Part shown: one piece after another, positions 48,494 to 57,754 of the stretch
How the letters are laid out: every line of letters begins with the position of its first letter
Numbering within the stretch: position 1 is the stretch's first letter
Assembly (NCBI GenBank): GCA_003056085.1
Contig: LSNK01000002.1
Coordinates: forward strand, 110,575 to 174,574
DNA length: 64,000 nucleotides
Origin: Parcubacteria group bacterium M6-OD1-1
Lineage (GTDB): Bacteria > Patescibacteriota > Minisyncoccia > GWC2-36-17 > M10-OD1-4
Direction of reading: 5' to 3'
Position numbers and translations under genes: made by a program
The notes under the pieces: model-generated
What the model was told of the DNA's origin: nothing
The model's input: only the letters and a program-made list of their open reading frames with translations
The model's database searches: none

Positions 48494-48904
48494 TACTCCT
48501 ATATCTATTTTATCTCCATCCTTTAATGTAACTATCGCTTTTTTAAAACCTGGCTTTCTTCCTTGATGCGCTCCAAGTCTGACTTTCTTGCTTGCCGTAT
48601 TAATGATAGCCACATTTATCACCGTAACATCATAAATACTTTCCACTGTATTTCTAACATCAATCTTATTTACTGCATCCAAAACTTTAAAAACATATTT
48701 ATTTTCCTGACCCATCATAGCGGTTTTTTCTGTTATATACGGCGCTTTAAGGATATTATAATACACAAAATCAGCTGCCTTTGCAATAGCTTTTTTTTCA
48801 GTTTTAGGCTGGTCAACTTTGGACTGATCTTTTTTCTGCACTTCCAAATCCTTTGTGCTATCGTCCTTTTTTACTGTTTTTTTTAATTTATCTAAAATTG
48901 TCAT
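48491..48904 (-). CDS. rplW: 50S ribosomal protein L23 with N-terminal extension
   Basis: YYNILKAPYITEKTAMMGQENKYVFKV. Confidence 0.85.
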   Translation of the reverse strand: MTILDKLKKTVKKDDSTKDLEVQKKDQSKVDQPKTEKKAIAKAADFVYYNILKAPYITEKTAMMGQENKYVFKVLDAVNKIDVRNTVESIYDVTVINVAIINTASKKVRLGAHQGRKPGFKKAIVTLKDGDKIDIGV

Positions 48905-48905
48905 T

Positions 48906-49577
48906 TTATTTATCAGATTTACTATGTAATTTAGTGTATGTATTTTTTATAACTTCAACAGAATCTTTAAGTATTACTGTATATTTATAATTTAAAACAT
49001 CTACAACATTCAAACTATCTGCGTTTATAACCTTAACTGTTTGAATATTTCTAAAAGACAACTGCAACTCTCTATCTGCCTTTGGTAATATTACCAAAGT
49101 TTTTTTATTGCCCTTTGCGTTAAAAATCTTGTCTGTCATAACATCCAAAAAATCATCAGCATCTTTTGTTTTAATACCGGAAAATGACAAGCTATTCACC
49201 ACGACCATCTCTTTATCAGTTAACTTTGAAGTTAATGCCATAAACAATGCTTTTTGTTTCTGTTTCTTATTTATATTTTTTGAAAAATTTCTATCACTTC
49301 TTGGCCCAAAAGTTATTCCACCGCCAATCCATAAAGGAGATCTTATGGAGCCGTGCCTTGCTCTACCTGTTCCTTTTTGTTTCCACGGCTTTGCTCCTCC
49401 ACCTCTTACTTCTCCTCTTGTTTTTGTATGAGCAACGGCAATTCTTGCATTAGCCTCTTGAGCTACATATGTCTGATGAATCAAATTAGAATTTAATTTA
49501 ACTCCGAAAATCTCTTCCGGCAAATTAATCTTACCTGACTTTTCCCCTTTTTGATTGTATGCGTCAATACTTAACAT
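48906..49577 (-). CDS. rplD: 50S ribosomal protein L4
   Basis: KPWKQKGTGRARHGSIRSPLWIGGGITFGP. Confidence 0.9.
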   Translation of the reverse strand: MLSIDAYNQKGEKSGKINLPEEIFGVKLNSNLIHQTYVAQEANARIAVAHTKTRGEVRGGGAKPWKQKGTGRARHGSIRSPLWIGGGITFGPRSDRNFSKNINKKQKQKALFMALTSKLTDKEMVVVNSLSFSGIKTKDADDFLDVMTDKIFNAKGNKKTLVILPKADRELQLSFRNIQTVKVINADSLNVVDVLNYKYTVILKDSVEVIKNTYTKLHSKSDK

Positions 49578-49600
49578 AACTTATAATTTTATAAATATAA

Positions 49601-50236
49601 TTATTTTTTTTCACTTACTATTTCAAGAAGCGTTCCTCTTCTCCCCGGAAGAGCTCCGGAAATTGCCAAAATACCATTTTCTGCATCAACTTTAACAACT
49701 TTAAGTCCTTTAACAAAAACCCTATCAGAACCCATTCTTCCTGCCATCCTTTTTCCTTTAAACACTTTCTGAGGACCTAATGCTCCAATAGAACCTGGGG
49801 ATCTTAAAGAATGTTTTTGACCATGACTTGCAGGACCACCTTTAAAATTATATCTTTTTACAACTCCTTGAAATCCCTTACCTTTTGAAATCCCCGTTAC
49901 GGTAACATCCTCACCTTCTTCAAAGACAGAAGCGTCTATTTTGTCTCCAACTTTATACTCTTTGGCGTCAATTTTAAATTCTTTAAGCACCCTGCAATTT
50001 CCAAGACTTTTAGACAAATGACCTTTTTCCGGTTTATTAAATTTCTTTTTTTCACCCATACCGATTTGAACAGCCTCATATCCGTCTTTATCTTCCATTC
50101 TTATTTGGGTAACTGTACATGAAAAAACTTCCACCAAGGTTACAGGAACAACTTTGTTGTCTTCATCAAAAATTTGAGTCATATTTAATTTTTTCCCTAA
50201 AATAAATTTCATATTCTTTAACAAAAAAATGAGCAA
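49601..50236 (-). CDS. rplC: 50S ribosomal protein L3 (true start probably MKFILGKK at ~50212)
   Basis: ILGKKLNMTQIFDEDNKVVPVTLVEV. Confidence 0.9.
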   Translation of the reverse strand: MLIFLLKNMKFILGKKLNMTQIFDEDNKVVPVTLVEVFSCTVTQIRMEDKDGYEAVQIGMGEKKKFNKPEKGHLSKSLGNCRVLKEFKIDAKEYKVGDKIDASVFEEGEDVTVTGISKGKGFQGVVKRYNFKGGPASHGQKHSLRSPGSIGALGPQKVFKGKRMAGRMGSDRVFVKGLKVVKVDAENGILAISGALPGRRGTLLEIVSEKK

Positions 50237-50367
50237 AGCTCATTTTCAAATAAACCTTGTTTTTTAAATAATTATTTTAAATTATAATTATATTGTTTTT
50301 CATAAATTACAAGTGATTCTGTAATCTAGAAAACCTATGTAACTTTAAAATCCAACAATAAACCTTT

Positions 50368-50694
50368 TTAAATCATTTTGATCTCAATATCAACACCTGC
50401 TGGAAGACTAAGATTTGTTAAAGCATCAATCGTCTTTGCGCTTGGACTTAAAATATCAACAATTCTTTTGTGAATCCTCATCTCGTAATGATCTCCCGCA
50501 CTTCTGTGAACAAATGTTGACCTTCCAACTGCATACCTTTTTGTTTCGGTTGGCAAAGGCACCGGACCTGAAATGTCACCACCTTGTCTTTCTGCAGCTT
50601 CAACAATCTGACGCGCGCTGTTATCAATAATCTTATTGTCATACGCCCTGATTTTTATTCTCAATTTTTGAATTTGTTCTTCTTTTTTTGACAT
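50368..50694 (-). CDS. rpsJ: 30S ribosomal protein S10
   Basis: KLRIKIRAYDNKIIDNSARQIVEAAERQGGDISGPVPLPTE. Confidence 0.9.
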   Translation of the reverse strand: MSKKEEQIQKLRIKIRAYDNKIIDNSARQIVEAAERQGGDISGPVPLPTETKRYAVGRSTFVHRSAGDHYEMRIHKRIVDILSPSAKTIDALTNLSLPAGVDIEIKMI

Positions 50695-50769
50695 TTTAAT
50701 CTCAAATTTATTATTTAATAACGAGTTTATGAAAGCATCTCCTAAAAGGGAGATGCTTTCATAAATAAT

Positions 50770-51963
50770 TTAAACTGAAATTTTCAGCACAACACCTGCT
50801 CCAACAGTTTTCCCACCTTCTCTGATAGCAAATCTTTGTTGTTCTTCAAGAGCAACCGGTGTAATTAGTTTAACTTTAACTTTAACAGTATCTCCTGGCA
50901 TAACCATTTCTGTTCCTTCAGGAAGCGTAATGTCTCCTGTTACGTCTGTTGTTCTGATATAAAATTGTGGTTTATATCCTGTGAAAAATGGTGAATGTCT
51001 TCCTCCTTCTTCCTTTGTAAGAATATAAATCTCAGCATCAAATTCAGTATGCGGAGTAACAGAACCGGCTTTTGCAAGAACTTGACCTCTTTCAATTTCC
51101 TCTTTTTTAATACCACGAAGCAAAAGTCCCGCATTATCTCCAGCAATAGCAGAATCAAGGCTCTTATTGAACATTTCAACTCCTGTGACAATCACTTTTC
51201 TTGTATCTTTAATACCAACAAGTTCAATTTCTTCATTTACCTTAACCTCACCTCTTTCTACTCTACCGGTTACAACCGTACCTCTACCTTCAATTGAGAA
51301 AATATCCTCAACAGGCATAAGAAATGGTTTGTCAGTCTCTCTTACAGGATCCGGAATCCACTCATCACAAGCTTTCATAACTTCAAGAATTTTTTTAACA
51401 TTTTCCCCATCAACTGTTTTTTCTTCCAAAGCTTTAACTGATGAACCTCTGATAAATGGAGTATTTTCTCCATCATATCCGTATTTTGTTAAAAGCTCTC
51501 TAATTTCTTCTTCAACCAAGTCAACAAGTTCCGGATCGTCTGCTAAGTCCATTTTATTTAGATAAACAACAATAGAAGGAACTCCAACTTGTTTTGCAAG
51601 CAAAATATGCTCTCTTGTTTGAGGCATCGGACCGTCCGGAGCCGCAACAACTAAAATTGCGCCATCCATTTGAGCGGCACCTGTGATCATATTTTTTATA
51701 TAATCAGCATGCCCGGGAGCATCAATATGAGCATAGTGTCTTTTTTCTGTTTCATATTCAGAATGATGAAGAGCGATAGTAATACCTCTTTCTCTTTCTT
51801 CCGGAGCTGTGTCTATCTGGTCAATAGACTCAACTCTTGCCTTTTGTCCGGCAAGATTCAACGAATGCAAAATTGCAGCCGTTGTTGTTGTTTTCCCATG
51901 ATCAACATGGCCAATTGTGCCGATGTTAACATGCGGTTTTGTGCGTTCAAATTTTTCTGCCAT
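50770..51963 (-). CDS. tuf: elongation factor Tu
   Basis: [21 protein letters not shown]; 397 aa. Confidence 0.95.
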   Translation of the reverse strand: MAEKFERTKPHVNIGTIGHVDHGKTTTTAAILHSLNLAGQKARVESIDQIDTAPEERERGITIALHHSEYETEKRHYAHIDAPGHADYIKNMITGAAQMDGAILVVAAPDGPMPQTREHILLAKQVGVPSIVVYLNKMDLADDPELVDLVEEEIRELLTKYGYDGENTPFIRGSSVKALEEKTVDGENVKKILEVMKACDEWIPDPVRETDKPFLMPVEDIFSIEGRGTVVTGRVERGEVKVNEEIELVGIKDTRKVIVTGVEMFNKSLDSAIAGDNAGLLLRGIKKEEIERGQVLAKAGSVTPHTEFDAEIYILTKEEGGRHSPFFTGYKPQFYIRTTDVTGDITLPEGTEMVMPGDTVKVKVKLITPVALEEQQRFAIREGGKTVGAGVVLKISV

Positions 51964-52226
51964 ATTTTTATTTAATATATAGAGTGAGTTAACAATTAAG
52001 CTTGAAATTACTGGGGTTCATCAGAACCAATAATTTAAAGCCTACTGCCAATTCAATCCGCAAATTAATTATTTTTTATTTTTTAATTAAAAACTTAATA
52101 AAAGATTTCAATATTTTAATCTAAAAAACCAACAAAGTCAAGACCAAAACAGTTGAAAACTTGGAAATTATAAGGTTTTACATAACTTACCTTCTACTCT
52201 TAGCTTTCATGCTTCATAACTTTTGA

Positions 52227-52598
52227 CTAAAACGGCAAATCTTCTAACTTAACTTCTTTTAAATCTTTCTTTATTTTTTCCACCTCATGATAACCTTCAA
52301 ATTGATTTTTAAGCTCAATCTCCCTTGATTTTACTATCTTTTCTCTGTTTATCTTAAGCTCATCTTCTATGACGCTGTGAATTGCATCTATATCATTATC
52401 ATGAAATTCAGTCTCTTTTTTAAAAAAATCTTCATTAAATCCATCCGAATCATCCAATAGATAATCACTCTCTATGGTTTTTTTCATATTTCTCGTATAG
52501 TCCTCAAAAGGAACCACAACATAGGATGGCTTTCCATCTTCCATAACAACTATACCTTTTTTAGATACATCCAATACCTTTTTTATATCATCAAGCAT
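52227..52598 (-). CDS. hypothetical acidic protein located between fusA and tuf
   Basis: 123 aa, Asp/Glu-rich; no motif. Good ORF context with an R-family element upstream. Confidence 0.35.
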   Translation of the reverse strand: MLDDIKKVLDVSKKGIVVMEDGKPSYVVVPFEDYTRNMKKTIESDYLLDDSDGFNEDFFKKETEFHDNDIDAIHSVIEDELKINREKIVKSREIELKNQFEGYHEVEKIKKDLKEVKLEDLPF

Positions 52599-52795
52599 GT
52601 TAATGTTATTAAAATTTACGAGCTCAATGCGAAGTAAATTTTACCATAACATTGAGTACCCCTCACTTGGATCATTAAAAAATAAATTACAACCTCTTGA
52701 AGCAAGTACTGTGTTTTTTATAACCCAAGTGAGAGGTAAGGTTTTGTTGCTGAATTTTAAAACCTTTAAGCTTCAAAATTCAGACAAAGCCCTTA
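52599..52795 (-). repeat. intergenic structured element, R family copy 6 (fusA stop codon to the 52598 gene)
   Basis: 3' ~75 nt nearly identical to copy 1. Core CCTCTCACTTGG / CCAAGTGAGGGG. Confidence 0.6.
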
Positions 52796-54895
52796 TCTCT
52801 TTCCTTCTATAACTTCTTGCGCGATATTTTTCGGCGCTTCTTCATAACTTGAAAATTCCATACTGTAAGAAGCTCTTCCTTCTGTCATTGACCTTAACTG
52901 AGTTGAATAACCAAACATCTTAGCTAAAGGAACTTGAGCAATAACAACTTTTATATTTCCTCTATCTTCCATAGAATCAATCCTGCCTCTTCTTGCATTT
53001 AAATCTCCTGTAACATCCCCTAAAAAGTCAGGTGGCGTAATAACAGAAACCTTCATAATAGGCTCCAAAAGTATAGGATTTGCCTGCGCAACTCCAGCTT
53101 TTAAAGCCATAGAACCTGCAATCTTAAAGGCCGCCTCAGATGAATCAACTTCATGATAAGAACCATCGTATAGGGTTACTTTAACATCCTGAAGCGGATA
53201 TCCGGCAACAACACCTTTTTCAAGAGCTTCCACCACACCCTTTTCAACTGGATTAATAAACTCTTGAGGAATAACCCCTCCTCTAATTTCATTTACAAAT
53301 TCAAATCCAGCATTCTTTTCAAGAGGCTCAATTCTTATCTTAACATGACCATACTGACCCCTACCTCCAGACTGCTTAACATATTTTTCTTCAGACTCCG
53401 CCGTTCCTTTAATAGTTTCTTTATATGCAACTTGAGGAGCTCCAATAGAAGCTTCAACCTTAAACTCTCTTAACATTCTGTCCACCAAAACCTCAAGATG
53501 AAGTTCTCCCATTCCGGAAATAATAGTTTCTCCTGTTTCGTGATCAACCCTTACCTTAAAAGTAGGATCCTCCTCAGAAAGCCTTCTTAAAGCAAGCCCC
53601 ATCTTTTCTTGATCTGCTTTTGTCTTGGGTTCTATTCTTAAAGATATAACCGGTTCTGGAAATGTTATCTGCTCCAAAATAATAGGATTTGCCTCATCAC
53701 ATAAGGTGTCTCCTGTTGTGGTTTCTTTAAGACCAACTGCGGCTGCAATCTCACCGGCAAAAACTTCATCTACTTCCTCTCTATCATTTGAATGCATTCT
53801 TAAAATTCTGCCAATTCTTTCCTTTTTATCTTTTGTTGAATTATAAACATACGAACCTTTCGTAAGTTTTCCTGAATAAACTCTGAAAAAAGCCAATGAA
53901 CCGACAAATGGATCATTTGCAATTTTAAATGCTAATGCGGAAAATGGAGCTTCATCGTTTGCTTCTCTTTTTTCTTCTTTTTCAGTTTTTGGATTAACTC
54001 CTTCTATAGCGGGAACATCCAATGGTGAAGGTAAATAATCAATAACGGCATCCAAAAGAAGCTGTACACCTTTATTTTTCAAAGCCGTACCGCAAAGCAC
54101 CGGATTAATTTCTCCGGAAAGAGTAGCTTTTCTAAAAGCGGACTTAATGTCTTCCACTGAAATATCTTTTCCTTCAAGATATTTTTCCGCCAAAACATCA
54201 TCCTCTGAAGCTATCATATCAAGCATTTCCTCTCTCCACTTTTCAGCTTCAGCTTTCATCTCTTCCGGAATATCCGACACCTCAAGCTTTTCACCCATAT
54301 CTCCAACAAATAAAATTTGTTTTTGAGTAACAAGGTCAATAACTCCTTTAAAGTCTGCTTCTTGACCCACGGGTATTTGAACGGGAATTGCTTTCTCGTT
54401 TAATCTTTCTCTTATAGAGAGAAGGTCTTTATGCCAGTCAGCTCCTGTTCTATCTAATTTATTTATAAAACAAATTCTCGGTACATTATATTTATCGGCT
54501 TGATGCCAAACTGTTTCTGACTGAGGCTCTACGCCTGCAACTCCATCAAAAACAACAACTCCACCATCCAAAACACGCAAAGATCTTTCAACCTCAACAG
54601 TAAAATCAACGTGACCGGGTGTATCAATAATATTAAATCTATATTCTTTGGACTTGTCTCCTCCCTCGTAAGTTGGAATCCAAAAACATGTTGTAGCGGC
54701 AGAAGTGATAGTAATTCCTCTTTCTCTTTCCTGCTCCATCCAATCCATAACAGCTTCTCCTTCATGCACTTCTCCTATTTTATGAGATACTCCTGTATAA
54801 AATAGAACTCTTTCTGTTACAGTTGTCTTTCCCGCATCAATGTGGGCTATTATTCCTATGTCTCTTGTTCTTTCTAATGGATAACTTCGTGCCAT
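52793..54895 (-). CDS. fusA: elongation factor G
   Basis: [21 protein letters not shown]; 700 aa with EF-G domains III-V. Confidence 0.95.
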   Translation of the reverse strand: MARSYPLERTRDIGIIAHIDAGKTTVTERVLFYTGVSHKIGEVHEGEAVMDWMEQERERGITITSAATTCFWIPTYEGGDKSKEYRFNIIDTPGHVDFTVEVERSLRVLDGGVVVFDGVAGVEPQSETVWHQADKYNVPRICFINKLDRTGADWHKDLLSIRERLNEKAIPVQIPVGQEADFKGVIDLVTQKQILFVGDMGEKLEVSDIPEEMKAEAEKWREEMLDMIASEDDVLAEKYLEGKDISVEDIKSAFRKATLSGEINPVLCGTALKNKGVQLLLDAVIDYLPSPLDVPAIEGVNPKTEKEEKREANDEAPFSALAFKIANDPFVGSLAFFRVYSGKLTKGSYVYNSTKDKKERIGRILRMHSNDREEVDEVFAGEIAAAVGLKETTTGDTLCDEANPIILEQITFPEPVISLRIEPKTKADQEKMGLALRRLSEEDPTFKVRVDHETGETIISGMGELHLEVLVDRMLREFKVEASIGAPQVAYKETIKGTAESEEKYVKQSGGRGQYGHVKIRIEPLEKNAGFEFVNEIRGGVIPQEFINPVEKGVVEALEKGVVAGYPLQDVKVTLYDGSYHEVDSSEAAFKIAGSMALKAGVAQANPILLEPIMKVSVITPPDFLGDVTGDLNARRGRIDSMEDRGNIKVVIAQVPLAKMFGYSTQLRSMTEGRASYSMEFSSYEEAPKNIAQEVIEGKR

Positions 54896-55081
54896 AAATT
54901 TTAAATTAAAAAGTAAAAATACAAAAATTAAAAACTTTTAAAGTTTATTATAGATATAAAACTTTCAAAATTGAGTACGCTTCGAGGAGCGGCTGAGGAA
55001 CAAAGCAAACCGTACTTAAAAGTACGGCGAAACGAGTACCGGAATCCGCGACAAAAAAGCGTGCCAATTTTCAAAATTTTA

Positions 55082-55549
55082 TTACCAAGAAAAATGAGCA
55101 AATGCTTTATTAGCCTCCGCCATTCTCTGAGTATCGCTTCTTTTCTTCATAGCAGATCCTTCGCCTTTAGCTGCAAGCAATATTTCATCTGCAAGTCTAT
55201 GAGCCATTGAACTTCCTTTTTTTGCTTTAGATGCAATTATGACCCACCTTAAAGCTAAAGTAAGTTTTCTGTCTCCCCTAACTTCCCTTGGAACTTGATA
55301 GTTAGCTCCACCAATTCTTTTTGATTTTATTTCTAAAACAGGCGAAATATTTCTTATTGCTAAATCAAAAGTCTCAATCGGATCTGACTTTGTTGCTTCT
55401 TCAACTTCCGCTAATGCCCCATAAACGATTTTCTCAGCAATGGAAAGCTTGCCATCAAGCATAATGGTTTTTATTAGTTTAGTGATAGTAATATTATTAT
55501 ATTTCCTATCAGGATCTACCGTTCTTTTAAATTTTTGTTTTCTTCTCAT
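55082..55549 (-). CDS. rpsG: 30S ribosomal protein S7
   Basis: MRRKQKFKRTVDPDRKY... Confidence 0.9.
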   Translation of the reverse strand: MRRKQKFKRTVDPDRKYNNITITKLIKTIMLDGKLSIAEKIVYGALAEVEEATKSDPIETFDLAIRNISPVLEIKSKRIGGANYQVPREVRGDRKLTLALRWVIIASKAKKGSSMAHRLADEILLAAKGEGSAMKKRSDTQRMAEANKAFAHFSW

Positions 55550-55620
55550 TTCCTTATTATTTCCCTATTATTTAAATTTCCTTATTATTTCCTTATTAAT
55601 TTAATTTCCCTATTATTTCC
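55550..55620 (-). repeat. tandem purine-rich repeats (about six AAUAAGGAAAU / AAUAGGGAAAU units on the coding strand) in the rpsL-rpsG spacer
   Basis: Forward ttattatttccctattatttaaatttccttattatttccttattaatttaatttccctattatttccctatt. Each unit carries an SD-like AGGA or GGGA. Confidence 0.6.
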
Positions 55621-56037
55621 CTATTCAGCTTTTGGTCTTTTAGCGCCATACTTAGACCTCTCCTGTTTCCTTCCTTCAACTCCAGTAGCGTCCAACACCC
55701 CTCTTACAACATGATATCTTACTCCGGGTAAATCTTTCACCCTTCCTCCTCTTATTACAACAACTGAATGCTCTTGCAATGTATGACCTTCTCCTGGAAT
55801 ATATGCTGTAACTTCCATTCCGTTTGTCAATCTTACTCTCGCAATTTTTCTTAAAGCTGAATTAGGTTTTTTAGGAGTTGTTGTTGAAACTTTGGTGCAT
55901 ACACCTCTTTTAAATGGAGACGAGTAACCTGTTGGTTTATTTTTTAAATTATTAAAACCACGCATCATTGCCGGAGATTTTGATTTCTTCGTAGAAGTTT
56001 TTCTTTTTTTTCTTACTAACTGATTTATTGTTGGCAT
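55621..56037 (-). CDS. rpsL: 30S ribosomal protein S12
   Basis: [13 protein letters not shown]...[10 protein letters not shown]. Confidence 0.9.
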   Translation of the reverse strand: MPTINQLVRKKRKTSTKKSKSPAMMRGFNNLKNKPTGYSSPFKRGVCTKVSTTTPKKPNSALRKIARVRLTNGMEVTAYIPGEGHTLQEHSVVVIRGGRVKDLPGVRYHVVRGVLDATGVEGRKQERSKYGAKRPKAE

Positions 56038-56104
56038 CTTTATATTGACTTTTAGAATTTATAAAAAATAAACAAAGGCGAATAACACCTTAGTTAATAA
56101 AGAT

Positions 56105-56133
56105 AATCTATCAAATAACTAAATTAAAGTCAA
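56105..56133 (-). promoter_or_regulatory. putative rpsL (str operon) promoter: TTGACT, 17 nt spacer, TAGATT
   Basis: Minus strand TTGACTTTAATTTAGTTATTTGATAGATT, about 90 nt upstream of the rpsL start. Confidence 0.35.
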
Positions 56134-56165
56134 GACTTAAAAACGCCTTTTTAAAAGAATTAAAA

Positions 56166-56822
56166 TTAAAGACCTGAAAAAGCCAAATAAAAAATAGGCA
56201 GTTGAAAAAGCCATGAGAACATAGAAACAAAAGAGTATATTAATATCCCTATAACGTTGGTTAAAAATACTAAGGCGATGAGAATAAAAAATCCCCATTG
56301 TTCCATAAACGGTGCAAACCGCGCAAAAGCTTTAGGAGCAAAAGACTCAAACATTCTATAACCGTCAAGAGGAGCTATCGGCAAAAGATTAAAAATAAAC
56401 AAAGCTAAATTTATATAAATCAAAAAAGCTAAAAATTTAATTAGAAAATTCATCTCTCCCACTCCTGTCATCAAAATAATCTTAATAGCTAAAATAGCAA
56501 ATACAGCCATTAAAATATTAGAAACTATCCCTGCTACAGAAACTAAAAATTTACCCATATTCCCTTTTCTTACTTTAAGTAAATTTATAGGAACCGGTTT
56601 TGCCCAACCAAAACCGACCAAGACAAGCATCAGAGAACCTAAAAGATCAAGATGCGCCAAAGGATTTAACGTTAAACGACCCATGCTTTCTGCTGTGTCA
56701 TCTCCGAGTTTATATGCCGTGTATCCGTGAGAAACTTCATGAATTGTAATGGCAATAAGAAGGGCAAAAAGCCACGGAATAATAAGCGCTGGATTATCTG
56801 AAAAAAGTTTAAATAATAACAT
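56166..56822 (-). CDS. M50 family site-2 protease-like zinc metalloprotease
   Basis: HEVSHGYTA (HExxH) in a transmembrane helix and downstream LDG motif (LPIAPLDG); multi-pass membrane protein. Confidence 0.65.
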   Translation of the reverse strand: MLLFKLFSDNPALIIPWLFALLIAITIHEVSHGYTAYKLGDDTAESMGRLTLNPLAHLDLLGSLMLVLVGFGWAKPVPINLLKVRKGNMGKFLVSVAGIVSNILMAVFAILAIKIILMTGVGEMNFLIKFLAFLIYINLALFIFNLLPIAPLDGYRMFESFAPKAFARFAPFMEQWGFFILIALVFLTNVIGILIYSFVSMFSWLFQLPIFYLAFSGL

Positions 56823-57027
56823 GGTTATTTTAAGTTAAGATATTTTTTATTAATTTATTCATATTATCACGAGTAGTCTTAAAGTTCAAAGATTTAAAAG
56901 AATTAAAAATCAAGAAAATAAGAAACTAAAAAACTTAATTCTTAATTCTCTTGCATATTAAACCTTGATTTTTTTTAAGAGCCGTGTTAAATTAGCAAAA
57001 TCATATAAAAATATAAAATATAAAACT

Positions 57028-57216
57028 ATGGCTCGATCATGTCCAATTTGTGAAAAAACATCAAAAATGAATACAGTACTTGTTAAACTTCGCGGAAATT
57101 ACAACCCAACATGCAAAAGAAGAAAATACCCAAATCTACAATGGGTAACGATAGGTAAAAAAAGAATCAAAGCTTGCACAAAATGCATCAGAACTATGAA
57201 CAAACAACCTAAATAA
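57028..57216 (+). CDS. rpmB: 50S ribosomal protein L28 (start moved to the internal Met; the ORF track starts at 56965)
   Basis: MARSCPICEKTSKMNTVLVKLRGNYNPTCKRRKYPNLQWV matches the L28 pattern (C-x-x-C, TKRR, PNLQ). Confidence 0.65.
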   Translation: MARSCPICEKTSKMNTVLVKLRGNYNPTCKRRKYPNLQWVTIGKKRIKACTKCIRTMNKQPK

Positions 57217-57224
57217 ACTCATTA

Positions 57225-57260
57225 AAAAAAACACCTCCAAAAAAGAGGTGTTTTTTTTAA
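57225..57260 (+). terminator. intrinsic terminator after rpmB
   Basis: AAAAAAAACACCTCCAAAAAAGAGGTGTTTTTTTT. Confidence 0.7.
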
Positions 57261-57673
57261 TGAGTTTATGTTAAATTTTTACATAATGAGATTTAGCATA
57301 AACCCATAAGTCCCACCAAAACATAATATGAACGTAAGCAAAAAATCCAAGTGGGTGCTCGCAGCATTAAACCCTGGACTAAGAGCTCACATGAAAATCT
57401 TTTTCTACTGCAGTTTTAAATTTTGACTGCAAACAATTCAAATTTCGTCATCTATAAACCATATAAACTCCTCCATTTTCATTGTTTTCGTTCAAAATTA
57501 AAAAACTTCGCAACGAAAAAAACTTTCAAGTGAGCTCTACCAGAAGCTTAAAGCAATGTAAAGCTCCCAAAAAGACATATTTGTCCTTAGTTCATTTAAT
57601 GTCTGATGGGACACTTTTATTATATATCTTTAAAAAAAGAAAATCAAATAAAAATCATCTCAGATTTTTAACC

Positions 57674-57702
57674 TTGACTACTTATAATTTGTAGTGTATA
57701 GT
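57674..57702 (+). promoter_or_regulatory. putative promoter for the 57755 gene: TTGACT, 17 nt spacer, TATAGT; SD AAGGAGAAG before the ATG
   Basis: TTGACTACTTATAATTTGTAGTGTATAGT. Confidence 0.4.
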
Positions 57703-57754
57703 TGCAAAAAATAGTCCTTTTCATATAAAAAATATAGATTTAAGGAGAAGCCTA

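Noticed and set aside
55550-55620. Possible CRISPR-like array of short tandem repeats
   Set aside because: The units are ~11 nt with no unique spacers between them. It is a simple purine-rich tandem repeat in a ribosomal spacer, not a CRISPR array.
57380-57420. RNase P RNA-like string GGACUAAGAGCUCAC
   Set aside because: Only one short conserved-region-like word is present. The GNAANNUCGGGC / AGGAAAGUCC regions and the P4 pseudoknot partners are not found nearby.
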